DNA of 64,000 nucleotides, taken from assembly GCA_963820525.1 (NCBI GenBank), contig CAWGAA010000001.1:640001-704000 (forward strand), given 5' to 3'. This document shows positions 19,382 through 28,946 of this stretch, piece by piece (within the stretch, counting starts at the first letter, position 1; each line of letters begins with the position of its first letter). The notes under the pieces were generated by a model. It had not been told where the DNA came from, searched no databases, and saw nothing but the letters and a program-made list of their open reading frames with translations. Position numbers and translations under genes: made by a program. This stretch comes from an uncultured Spirochaetota bacterium. Its GTDB lineage: Bacteria > Spirochaetota > Spirochaetia > SZUA-6 > Fen-1364.

Positions 19382-20891
19382 AGCCTACGTGAATCGGCAG
19401 CGGTCCTTCGTCCACCCCCTGCTCGCCATCACGATGCCCTTCTTCTTCACCCTCTGCCTGGATGCGGCGGTCCGGGTCGTCATTCCTTCCTTCGGTTTCC
19501 CCCAGGCCGTATTCCTCGCCGTCCTCCTCCTGGTCAGCGTCGAGGTGACCGTGGTCGGCAACATCCTCTTCGACGAGAGGGCGAGCTTCCTCGCGCGTCT
19601 TCGCGAGCTCATCGTGATCATGGCCGCGATGTACGTAGCCCTCTCCCTCACCGCCAGCATCAGGGCGCGAGCGTATGTGCCGGCGGACGTGACCTTCATC
19701 TACCCCCTGGTCCTGGTGTTCTTCCAATGGAATTTCGTCGTCACGGTGCACATGCAGCTTCGGGATCGGGAGATCCTCCTCGCCGTCCTCGCCTCCAAGG
19801 AGGGCGAGGCGATGCTCCACTCCCTTCGCGACGCCTCCCTACAGGCGAGCGCGGCCCTGCGTTCGCTCCGCAGGGCATCCTCCCTGGCCGCGTTCTTCCA
19901 GGCGGCGGTCTTCTTCGTTCTCGCCATCTGCCTTCTGTTGCGGGTCACGATTCCGCCGTGGGCCCTGATCGCCTGCGCCCTTCATGCGGCGTACGGCCTG
20001 CTTGTGCGGGGGATTCTCAACACCTTCGCCCATGACCAGGTTCTCCTGGGAGAGGGCGTGGTGGTGCCGGGGAGGCTCGAGGCTGCTCGTCTGTGGGCTG
20101 CGCTCGCCCTGGTGGCTATCGGGCTTCCGCTTGCCGTGCTGGGCTCCCGCAACGCCTCGCCCCTGCCCCTCTCGATAATCCTTGCTTTCTTCTCATGGCT
20201 CGCGGGGCTCTTGCCTTCCCATTACGCTCCGGACATGGTCGATCGGATCCAGAAGATGATTGAGTCGCGCCTGGCCTTCGAGCGGCAGATGCTCGCATCT
20301 GCTCCGCCCCCTCCCATAAATCCGTCCGTCTTCCTCCTGCTGGAGGCTCTCCGCCGGCTCTTCGTCACCGTGGTGGGGGCCGCGGTCTACTTCTTTCTCG
20401 TCTCCCCCCTCCTGTCGGAGGAGTTCTTCGACAGCCTCAAGAAGCGCAGTCTCATCGCATTTCTATCGAAAAAGCTTTCAGCGCTCCTGCACTTCTTCAC
20501 CCGCGCCGCCCGACGGCTCATGAGATGGCTGCGGCGGGCGGGACGCCCCATGGCTGCAATCGATGAGCCCGCGGGCAAGAGCACCGGATACAGGGGGCCT
20601 CCCGCGGCGGCGGCGAAAGCTTCGCTTCGAAAGCGCCTTCAGGTAAGCCGGATCTTGAGGGCATTCCTCCTCTTGCTGCGGTGGGGGGGGGGCCGCGGGG
20701 TGGCATACCAATCCTCTGAGACCCCGCTAGAGTACTCTCATCGGCTGCGCGAGGTGGTTCCGCTGAGGCAGCGTGAGCTTTCCCTCATTGTCGAGGTGCT
20801 CGAGGAGGCGCTTTTCTCTTCGCACCTTCTCGCCAGGAAACGCGTTGCCGGGTACTTCCTGGCCATCCGCGAAGTGAGGGCCTCGGTCTGA
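19362..20891 (+). CDS. Multi-pass membrane protein with C-terminal DUF4129-like region
   Basis: Many TM segments; C-terminal SETPLEY; third gene of MoxR/DUF58 operon. Confidence 0.7.
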   Translation: MSSSLARAYVNRQRSFVHPLLAITMPFFFTLCLDAAVRVVIPSFGFPQAVFLAVLLLVSVEVTVVGNILFDERASFLARLRELIVIMAAMYVALSLTASIRARAYVPADVTFIYPLVLVFFQWNFVVTVHMQLRDREILLAVLASKEGEAMLHSLRDASLQASAALRSLRRASSLAAFFQAAVFFVLAICLLLRVTIPPWALIACALHAAYGLLVRGILNTFAHDQVLLGEGVVVPGRLEAARLWAALALVAIGLPLAVLGSRNASPLPLSIILAFFSWLAGLLPSHYAPDMVDRIQKMIESRLAFERQMLASAPPPPINPSVFLLLEALRRLFVTVVGAAVYFFLVSPLLSEEFFDSLKKRSLIAFLSKKLSALLHFFTRAARRLMRWLRRAGRPMAAIDEPAGKSTGYRGPPAAAAKASLRKRLQVSRILRAFLLLLRWGGGRGVAYQSSETPLEYSHRLREVVPLRQRELSLIVEVLEEALFSSHLLARKRVAGYFLAIREVRASV

Positions 20892-20914
20892 GAGAGAAAT
20901 CCCTTGCCTATCTC

Positions 20915-21079
20915 CTATCGCCGCCCCATCCCCGGATGCTTCGGCGCGATGCGGAACTGGGCTTCGCGCCGCAGGATATCCCTGCCTCCCAGGGGCTGGT
21001 TCTTCGGCATTCTTGATTTTTCCTGATTCTCCATCCTCTTCTTGTCGGAGTCCTTGCCGAACTTCCAAGGCTTGTTCAT
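20915..21079 (-). CDS. Small basic hypothetical protein (54 aa)
   Basis: AAGGAGG RBS 8 nt before ATG; fills gap between convergent genes. Confidence 0.55.
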   Translation of the reverse strand: MNKPWKFGKDSDKKRMENQEKSRMPKNQPLGGRDILRREAQFRIAPKHPGMGRR

Positions 21080-21307
21080 GGAGTGCGCCTCCTTCACGCG
21101 GATGGCTTGATGCTCTTCAGAATGAATTTAGCACTCTGCTGCGCCGGAATCAAATAGGCGCTCCCCGCAAGCAAAGCCTGCATTTTCCCATCCGCGGCCG
21201 CGCTAGTATGTTATACAGCGAAACCACCGGCCCCGCAGGGCACGGGGCGCCTTTCGCCTTCCTTGGCTTCGGCGCCTTCAGCCCTCCCTGGCAAGAGGGT
21301 AGATGCA

Positions 21308-22732
21308 ATGGAGCGATTTCGCAAATCCCTTTCGATCTTCTTCCTCGTCCTCTACATCCTGCTCACTCCGCTCATCATCCTCTACAGCCTTGGATACATC
21401 ATCGAGCCGTCGTCTCCCGCCTCCAAGCAGCAGATCGTGAAGACCGGCGGAATCTTTCTCTTGAGCACGCCCACGGGAGCGAAGGTCTCCCTCAATGGGA
21501 CCGCCTACCAGGGAAAAACCCCGCTCTCCATCCTCAACCTTAATCCCGGCTCCTACACGATAGATATCGACATGCCGGGCTTCCTGCAGTGGAGCCGGAA
21601 GGTTGTCGTCAAGGCCGGGGAGGTCGTCTCTCCCGACGATATCCTTCTGGTCCCGAAGCAGTGGAAGGCGAAGGAGATCCTCCCCCAGGCCTTCTCCAAC
21701 CTCATTCCCGCTCCCGGCGCCCCGTTCTTGATCTTCCAGCAGGGCAGGAGGCTTGATGGGCTGTATATCTTCAACGAGCAGAACGGCGCTCTGATTCCGG
21801 TCGTGGACCCGGAATCGCAGCTTGGCGGCGCACGGGTCGACGCGAGACTCATGGCGCCCGCCAGCAAAGCCCTGGTCCTTGAAGTCTCCATCAGGGGACA
21901 CCGGATGACGCTCCTGGCGAGGGTCCGTCTTCCCAACGTGACTATCGAAGATGTCACGAGCCTCTTCGGGGAAGACCCCATCGAGCGGGTGGAGTGGAGC
22001 GGAGACGACCCCGAGGACTTCTTCCCCCTGCACAGCGGCAGCGTGGATTGGGTCCACCTTCCCTCCTCCACGGTGCTCCGCGGTTTCCTCCACGGCGTGC
22101 GCGGCCTCGGCCTCTCGGGCAATGACCTGTACGTTCTGAACGGCGTCAAGGGCCTGTTCCGCCTCGACTACGCCACGGGTAGCCAGGAAGCGCTTCCCGC
22201 AGTCTGGGAAGGAGTAGAGCCGCTGTTCCAGAACAGCTTCGTGCGCATCCTTTCGCCCTCGCCCGGCCTTCTCATCTTCCGCGACGACAAGGGCTCATTT
22301 GCCGCCACCCTCCGCGATCTCGCCTACAATGGCCTGAACATCCGCGGCTTCTCCATCGACCCGGTGGCGGGAAAGATCCTCCTCTGGCAGAGGGGACGGC
22401 TCGGCGTGCTGGACTACGGCTCCAATCCCCCTGCCTTCATCCCCGAGTGGGCGCCCGTTCGCGGCGCCGATATCCAGCAGGCGTTCTTCGCCTTCGGCGA
22501 CACCCACGCCCTGTACCGTGACGGAAACTCGGTATTCCTGACCGGCCTGCGTGAAGGTGGGCGCACGTTCAGGATCGTCACGGTCCTTAGGGGGACCTCG
22601 ATCTCGTACTCCAATCGGCGGGGCATCCTGTATTACATAGACGCCGCCGCGGGGAGGCCCTCCTTCATCGTCGTGGTTCCCCGGGAGCCGGCCCTGGAAG
22701 AGCTTCTGCAGAGCCTTCCGGGAAGAGGGTAG
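21308..22732 (+). CDS. PEGA-domain membrane-anchored protein
   Basis: N-terminal TM, then KTGGIFLLSTPTGAKVSLNG..TP..NLNPGSYTI PEGA motif. Confidence 0.8.
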   Translation: MERFRKSLSIFFLVLYILLTPLIILYSLGYIIEPSSPASKQQIVKTGGIFLLSTPTGAKVSLNGTAYQGKTPLSILNLNPGSYTIDIDMPGFLQWSRKVVVKAGEVVSPDDILLVPKQWKAKEILPQAFSNLIPAPGAPFLIFQQGRRLDGLYIFNEQNGALIPVVDPESQLGGARVDARLMAPASKALVLEVSIRGHRMTLLARVRLPNVTIEDVTSLFGEDPIERVEWSGDDPEDFFPLHSGSVDWVHLPSSTVLRGFLHGVRGLGLSGNDLYVLNGVKGLFRLDYATGSQEALPAVWEGVEPLFQNSFVRILSPSPGLLIFRDDKGSFAATLRDLAYNGLNIRGFSIDPVAGKILLWQRGRLGVLDYGSNPPAFIPEWAPVRGADIQQAFFAFGDTHALYRDGNSVFLTGLREGGRTFRIVTVLRGTSISYSNRRGILYYIDAAAGRPSFIVVVPREPALEELLQSLPGRG

Positions 22733-22734
22733 GC

Positions 22735-24408
22735 ATGGAACAGCTCGTATTCTCGCGAAAGATGTCCCGGGGAAAAGTGAGGGCGATCCAGCGCTTCTTC
22801 GAGATCTTGCCGGGCGCGGTGAGCTGGTCGATCATCATCGGCATGTTCGTGCTCCTTGCGCTGGACCCGGTCATCGCCGCGCTCATCGTCATCGCCTTCG
22901 TTTTCTCCTGGTTCCTGCGCCTGCTCCACGGAAACATCCTGCTGCTCCTCTCCTTCATTCGGCTGTACGCGGAGAAGAACACGGATTGGATGGAGCGGAT
23001 TCGCAGGCTCTCCGACCTCGAGGGTTACATCGCAGAAATGGAGGGGGACGTGCGGCGCATGACTTTCCGCCAGAGGCTTTCCTTGCGCAACCATTTGAAA
23101 GACCTGCGCACGCTCGCCTCCAGCGGCTCGCCGCCGCCGCGCTGGAGCGACGTCTACCACCTCGTGATCTTCCCCGTGGCCAGGGAGAGGCGCATGATCT
23201 TCGAGCCGGGGGTTGCGAGCATCGCCGCCGGTCAATTTCCGGCAAAGAAGATCCTCATGGTCCTCGCCGTGGAGGAGAGGGCACCGGACGTCGTGAAGGA
23301 GGAAGCGCGCGCCGTTGTCGAGAAATACCGGGGTTCCTTCCTCGATTTCCTGCTCTTCATCCATCCCGACGGCATCCCGAACGAAGCCCGCGTGAAGGGG
23401 GCCAACATCACCTATGCCGCCAGTAAAGCGGCCGCGTTTTTCGATTCGATGGGCATCCCCTACGAGAACGTGATCGCCTCCTGCTTCGACGCGGACACGG
23501 TGAGCAGCCCCGAGTATTTCGCCTGCCTGACGTACCATTTCCTCATCTGCCCCAAGAGGACCCGCGCCAGCTTCCAGCCCATCCCCGTGTACTGGAACAA
23601 CTACTGGGAGGCCACAGGGTTCTCCCGCGTGCTGGACATGTTCTCCTCGCTCGCGATGATGAGGGAGCTGACCTATCCCGCCAAGCTCACCACGTTCTCG
23701 AGCCACAGCTTGAGCTTCAAGGCCCTCGCCGACGTGGACTACTGGCCCGTGGACGTCATCTCTGACGATACGGCCATATTCTGGAAGGCCCTGATCCAGT
23801 TCAAGGGAGACTACCGGGTCGTGCCCATGTATACGACCGTTTCCATGGACCTGAACCAGGCCGAGACCTGGTGGAAAACGGTCGTCAACGTGTACAAGCA
23901 GAGGCGGCGATGGGCCTACGGGGCGGAGCTCATTCCCATCGTGATCACCGAGTTCCTCTTGAGGAAGGATATTCCCCTCGGAGTGCGGCTGGTCTTCGGC
24001 TACCGGCTGATCCAGATGCATGTATCCTGGGCCACGTGGCCGTTCCTGCTCTCCCTGATGAGCTGGCTTCCCGCCATCCTGATCGCGCTCACCCATTCGC
24101 ACTCGGTGGTCCGCTACAGCGAGCCGAGGATCCTGAGCGTCATGTACCAGCTGTCGTACCTGGGCTTCGGTCTGTACGTGGTCCTCACCTGGATCTTCCA
24201 ACCCAGGGAGAAGGGCAGGCTCCGTATCCTCAAGCGGCTGCGGCACGCGCTGGAATGGCTCCTGGTCCCCCTCTTCAGCATTGCCTTCGGCGGCATACCG
24301 GCCCTCGACGCCCAGACCCGGCTTCTCCTGGGCCAGTACATGCAGTTCTGGGTGACGATCAAGGAACGAAAGGGTGAGGAGGCGCCGACGGGTGCCGGCT
24401 CCGCGTAA
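22735..24408 (+). CDS. Membrane glycosyltransferase family 2
   Basis: KGANI, FDAD, ISDD, QRRRW processive GT2 motifs with N- and C-terminal TM helices. Confidence 0.85.
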   Translation: MEQLVFSRKMSRGKVRAIQRFFEILPGAVSWSIIIGMFVLLALDPVIAALIVIAFVFSWFLRLLHGNILLLLSFIRLYAEKNTDWMERIRRLSDLEGYIAEMEGDVRRMTFRQRLSLRNHLKDLRTLASSGSPPPRWSDVYHLVIFPVARERRMIFEPGVASIAAGQFPAKKILMVLAVEERAPDVVKEEARAVVEKYRGSFLDFLLFIHPDGIPNEARVKGANITYAASKAAAFFDSMGIPYENVIASCFDADTVSSPEYFACLTYHFLICPKRTRASFQPIPVYWNNYWEATGFSRVLDMFSSLAMMRELTYPAKLTTFSSHSLSFKALADVDYWPVDVISDDTAIFWKALIQFKGDYRVVPMYTTVSMDLNQAETWWKTVVNVYKQRRRWAYGAELIPIVITEFLLRKDIPLGVRLVFGYRLIQMHVSWATWPFLLSLMSWLPAILIALTHSHSVVRYSEPRILSVMYQLSYLGFGLYVVLTWIFQPREKGRLRILKRLRHALEWLLVPLFSIAFGGIPALDAQTRLLLGQYMQFWVTIKERKGEEAPTGAGSA

Positions 24409-24522
24409 TACCGTCCGGCAGGCGCCGGTTCCGTGTAATCGTCCGGCGCGGCTCAACGAAGTCGGGCGCCGGGCAGGCAGAGCTCGGCGGTCGAGCAGCC
24501 ATCCGATCTCAGGCCCTCCGTA

Positions 24523-25644
24523 TCAGCTCTTTCCGCCGGGAAGCTTGATGTTGGCCCAGAGGGAGGGCGCCCCCGCATTGTCCCTGGTGACACGAACAGC
24601 GGCGGTCTGGAACCACAGGTGTCCCGACGGTCCCGTAACCACCTCCGCGGGCGCCCAGGTTGAGTTGTCGGCCCAGATCAGCGCCCCGGCATGCCGGACT
24701 GCCGTGTTCATGCTGAGGTCCCTGGCGTTGACGATGTCACCCGCCTTGGGAAGCCCCGCTTCGCCCATTTTCAGATACTGCACGCAGTAGTAGGCGGCGA
24801 TCGCGATGGTGAATGCCGGGTCCTGATCGAGCGCCTCCCGGATGTCGCCGGACTTGACCAGCGAGAGGACTTCGGGGGTTGCGTCGATCGCGGCCGTGTA
24901 CACGGCTCGGGAGTCGATTCCAAGGTCTTTCATGGCCTCCACGGCGCCCACGGCCATGGGCCCATTGGCGCAATAGCAGGCGTCGATGTCGGGGCTCGCG
25001 CGAAGCACGTTCAAGGAAGCGGCCCTCGCCGCAGCTTCCTGGAAGTCGCCGATCGCCTGGATCACCTTCACGTCGGAGTACCGGTCCAGAACGTCGTGAA
25101 ACCCCTTGCTTCGTTCGATTGCGGAGGCACTCCCGATGGGCCCCAGCATCTCCAGGACCGTCCCCTGGACCCGGCCGTCGTATTTGTTTTTCAGATAGTC
25201 CGCCATGCGCTGGGCGAGCTCCGATCCCGCCTTTTCGTCGGAAAATCCCACGTACATCTTCACGTCCGGCGAATCGATGTCGCCGTACGCCGTGAAAATT
25301 GGAACAGCCGCGCCTTTCGCGAAGTCGACGATCGGCCTGGCCGCCTCCGGATCCTGGGCGGCGACGATGAGCCCATCGATCCCCTGGTCGATCATGAGCC
25401 TGCACTGGGTGATCTGGGCCGCGGGATCGCCCTGGGCGTCATAGGCGATCTCCTTCCACCCGTTGTCCCTGCAGAACCACTGGAAGCTCTGCTGGAAAAA
25501 AGACTCCCAATCGCTGGTCACGGTCCTTGTGTCGAGCCCCAGGAAAATCTGTTTTCCCTGCGCCGCTTTCTCCTTCTGCCCTCCCGGGAAGGCCAGCATC
25601 GCGGCCGCAAGGAAGACCGAGAGCGAGAGAAGGGCTCTCTTCAT
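24523..25644 (-). CDS. Sugar ABC transporter substrate-binding protein (RbsB-like), no permease adjacent
   Basis: Signal MKRALL...FPGGQKE; DAQGDPAAQ, ERSKGF, ANGPMAVGA. Confidence 0.85.
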   Translation of the reverse strand: MKRALLSLSVFLAAAMLAFPGGQKEKAAQGKQIFLGLDTRTVTSDWESFFQQSFQWFCRDNGWKEIAYDAQGDPAAQITQCRLMIDQGIDGLIVAAQDPEAARPIVDFAKGAAVPIFTAYGDIDSPDVKMYVGFSDEKAGSELAQRMADYLKNKYDGRVQGTVLEMLGPIGSASAIERSKGFHDVLDRYSDVKVIQAIGDFQEAAARAASLNVLRASPDIDACYCANGPMAVGAVEAMKDLGIDSRAVYTAAIDATPEVLSLVKSGDIREALDQDPAFTIAIAAYYCVQYLKMGEAGLPKAGDIVNARDLSMNTAVRHAGALIWADNSTWAPAEVVTGPSGHLWFQTAAVRVTRDNAGAPSLWANIKLPGGKS

Positions 25645-25702
25645 GTTCCTACCTCCCGGCGAAATGAGGAATGCCGGCCGCTCGGCGTGCGGCCGATCGG
25701 CC

Positions 25703-28700
25703 TCACCAGCCTTCCGCAATGAGAAGTCCCCACTCCCCCCCAACAAGCTTCGGCCGCTGGAGCGGGTATGCCCAGTAGATCTCCAGCACCAGGACTCCGA
25801 GGATGTTGAGCCGCAAGGCCGCGCCTGCGCTGAACACGGGAACACGGAGGGTCTGATCCGCGGAGAGCTCGAGCACCGGCGGCTCGGAATTGGTCCAAGC
25901 AACCCCCCCGTCCAGGAAGGCCACGAGGTCCGTGGGAAGATAGGGGAAGCTGAGAAGGCCCAGCTCCCGCGTGCCCAGCACGGGGAGACGGATCTCCGCG
26001 TTCACGACGGCGATCTTGGAGCCGAAGAGCCTGTTCACCTGGGGCGAGGCGGGATCCCCGGCGCTGTCGATCGAGGTGACCGAGAAATAGTCGTAGCCGC
26101 GCACAAGGTCGTGCAGGCCAAGATAGAAGCCGTTGAGGGTGGGGTCGTCCGCGTCGCCCAGATACCTGCCCACGTGCAGGGCCCGCACTGCGAAAGTCAA
26201 CGGCTTGAGAAACAGGTACAGCCGCGCGTCCGCCAGGGCGGTGAGATAGATGAGGGAACCCACGGTCTGGTCCACCTCGAGCCTGTAGCGGTAGCCACGG
26301 ATGGGCGCCGTGAATCCGAAGAATGAATAGTCCCCGACATATGCAAGGCTCGCGTGCGGCAGGCTCAGGGGCGGCGGCGCGGCGAGGCTCACGTTGTCCT
26401 GGCCCGCGAAGCCGCCGCCGAGGTAGTACGAGACGGGGGCTTTCTGTTCGTACCAGATGAACGTGTATCCCAGGTCCGCCTCGAGCCTGCGGTTGATGCT
26501 CAGGGGGAGCCATGCCAGAAAGTCCGCCTCCTCCGTGAAGATTTTCTGGTCGACCACCCCCGTGTCGGCGGGGGTGATCGTGAAAGCCGCCGGCGGGAGG
26601 AGGAAAAAGTTGTCCTGTGGAATATGGGCGATGCCGAGCCCCCAGTTGACCCGCCCGGTCCTGTTGATGTAGACGGCCTGGCCGCCGAAGCTGTCGAGGG
26701 TTCCGCTGGACTGGATGGCGAGGTCAATGGAGTGGTCTCCCAGCACGTCCTCGAGATACAGCTCCACCGCCCCGCCCAGGCTCGGGCCGAAGGGGCTCAG
26801 GGCCAGCCCGAAGCTGGCCTGGCTCACGGCGATGAGGCCGAACTGCGGGAAGTAGGGGGAAAAAGACGGGGCCGGGATCTTCGGCTGCGGCGTCTCTTTG
26901 AGGGCCTCCACGGCGCGGGCCGTGTCGTCGGGGAGAAAGGCGACGGGGATTTCCCCCTCGAAGCTGACCGGGGTTCCCTGGGCCTCCTCCAGGCTCAGGG
27001 CATGCACCTCGTATTCCCTCTTGTTGAACACGGAGAAGACGAGCTCTCCGCTTCCGCGGGCGAGAGAAAAACACGGGGAGAGCTCGGTCAGCCCGCTTAT
27101 CCCCGTGGCGACGCTCGTGACGCGGAAGAACTGCCGGGCATCGAGGTCGTAGCGGTAGAGGTCGGCCACCCCGTCCGGGTCGGCAACGAAGTACACGCTC
27201 TTGCCGTCGGGGGAGAACTGCGGATTGATGTGCCTGGCCCCGTCCTTGATCGAAACGATCCGCTCCTCATGAGTGGCGATATCGAGGAAGCCAAGGTTCA
27301 TCGAGTGGAATGTCAGGGAATCGAGGCCCGTCTTTGCGCCCCGGTCCGTGGCGTAGACCAGGGTCTTTCCATCGGGAGACCAGGCGGGCTCGAGCTCCGC
27401 GTGCCAGCCGCTTGTGAGCTTGGTGAGCCGTCCGCTTTGGGGATCGAGGAGGAAGAGATCCCTGATCGCCTTTGAGGTGGCGGACAGGGCGATGAGCGAG
27501 CCGTCGGGAGACCAGGCCAGATTGGAGATCCCGTCAATGCTCTCGAAAGGAATGACCTTCTCAAGCTTCCCCGAGGGCACATCCACGATGGCGATGGCGG
27601 CATCCCCTTCCTGAAAGACCACGAAGGCAAAGGACCGCGAGTCGGCGGACCATGTCCCGGCGGAATCGATGAACTGCAGGGCATCGAAATGCGCGTCGGT
27701 GTCCGAGCTCGCCAGCGCTTTCAAGATCTTGCCGCTGGCCGCATCGGCGAGGAACAGGTCCAGCGTGAAGAGGTCCCTGCGGGAGAAGACCGCGATATAC
27801 TTTCCATCCGGGCTGATGACGGGCCCCAGGTTGAGCCCGTTTCCGATCCCCGGAAGCATCCTTCCCACATCCCCGGGCAGGGACTTTCCGGCGAGCTCTT
27901 GCGTGTATGAGGCGGTGAGATCGTCCTTCCATTTCTTGGAGAACTCGGAGTACTTCATTCCCAGCGCCGCTTCGATGCCCGCCGAGACTCCTCTGCTCGC
28001 GCTCTCGTCGAAGAGGGAGCGGGTGCCGTTTTCCCCCCATCCCTTGTCCACGTACTCCCATACCGCCTGGCCGAACCTGTAGGGGAAGTAGCGGCCCGGG
28101 TCCGAGGAGAGCTCATCGATGCCCGGCACGTCCTTGTTGAGCACCGCGTCCCTCATCCACATGTCGGTGAGCGGGTCCGACCGGCCCTTGGAGAAGTACT
28201 CGGCCATCCCCTCCACGAACCACAGGGGAAGAGGCTGGCCCGAGGAGACCGCGGAGCCGGGAGAGATCAGCCGCTGGTATTGGAAGGCATGGACGAGCTC
28301 GTGGCCGAGCACGTGCGAGTTCTCAGCGTAGACGCCGGTGAGGTAGAGGACAACCCTGCTGCCGAGGCTCTCCGTGACCCCGCCCTCTCCCTGGGAAATG
28401 ATTCCGGGCACGGCGTTTGTCTGCTGGAAGTCGACGAAGCTGTCGTAGAGGATCACCTTCTGCAGGCCTTTGATGTCGAACCCGAAGCGCCGCGAATGCT
28501 CGGCGTACCAGCCCTCCAGCATCCGTGCGGCGTCCAACACCGCCGAGGCGCCCTCGGGATAGTGGTAGATGCTGAAATGCCCCTGGGTGAGCACGGAAAA
28601 GTCGAGGTGCTCGTACTGCACCTTGTTGCGCCCGAAGTACTGCGCCGGGAGGGGCGCCGCGATCAGGGTGGCCAGAGCGAGCGCGAGCAGGGTTTCAAGC

Positions 28701-28738
28701 GCGGCCGGAAACGGGTGCAACATTCTCGATCGATGCAC
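25703..28738 (-). CDS. Secreted/outer-membrane protein with peptidase-MA-like, PD40/TolB propeller and Omp85-like barrel regions
   Basis: QYFGRNKVQY, HELVH, WFVEGMAEY, repeated WSPDG, C-terminal NAEIRLP..AFLDGG barrel motifs; start uncertain. Confidence 0.8.
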   Translation of the reverse strand: MHRSRMLHPFPAALETLLALALATLIAAPLPAQYFGRNKVQYEHLDFSVLTQGHFSIYHYPEGASAVLDAARMLEGWYAEHSRRFGFDIKGLQKVILYDSFVDFQQTNAVPGIISQGEGGVTESLGSRVVLYLTGVYAENSHVLGHELVHAFQYQRLISPGSAVSSGQPLPLWFVEGMAEYFSKGRSDPLTDMWMRDAVLNKDVPGIDELSSDPGRYFPYRFGQAVWEYVDKGWGENGTRSLFDESASRGVSAGIEAALGMKYSEFSKKWKDDLTASYTQELAGKSLPGDVGRMLPGIGNGLNLGPVISPDGKYIAVFSRRDLFTLDLFLADAASGKILKALASSDTDAHFDALQFIDSAGTWSADSRSFAFVVFQEGDAAIAIVDVPSGKLEKVIPFESIDGISNLAWSPDGSLIALSATSKAIRDLFLLDPQSGRLTKLTSGWHAELEPAWSPDGKTLVYATDRGAKTGLDSLTFHSMNLGFLDIATHEERIVSIKDGARHINPQFSPDGKSVYFVADPDGVADLYRYDLDARQFFRVTSVATGISGLTELSPCFSLARGSGELVFSVFNKREYEVHALSLEEAQGTPVSFEGEIPVAFLPDDTARAVEALKETPQPKIPAPSFSPYFPQFGLIAVSQASFGLALSPFGPSLGGAVELYLEDVLGDHSIDLAIQSSGTLDSFGGQAVYINRTGRVNWGLGIAHIPQDNFFLLPPAAFTITPADTGVVDQKIFTEEADFLAWLPLSINRRLEADLGYTFIWYEQKAPVSYYLGGGFAGQDNVSLAAPPPLSLPHASLAYVGDYSFFGFTAPIRGYRYRLEVDQTVGSLIYLTALADARLYLFLKPLTFAVRALHVGRYLGDADDPTLNGFYLGLHDLVRGYDYFSVTSIDSAGDPASPQVNRLFGSKIAVVNAEIRLPVLGTRELGLLSFPYLPTDLVAFLDGGVAWTNSEPPVLELSADQTLRVPVFSAGAALRLNILGVLVLEIYWAYPLQRPKLVGGEWGLLIAEGW

Positions 28739-28946
28739 GTTTCACTCCTTGCAGCAAGACTCATCAAAAAGATCTCCCCGCAGGTTGTGAATGGTCAAGT
28801 AGATCTCGGCTGCCGACGCGGGCCGCCAGGTCGCGCCAATCGCTTTCACCGCCCGTCTTTTAGCCCGCGCCTTCCCCCGTTCGAGCCATCGCCATTGACT
28901 CGCGCCGATCCCGCGATGATTATCACTGTGGGGGTATCGAGAATCG

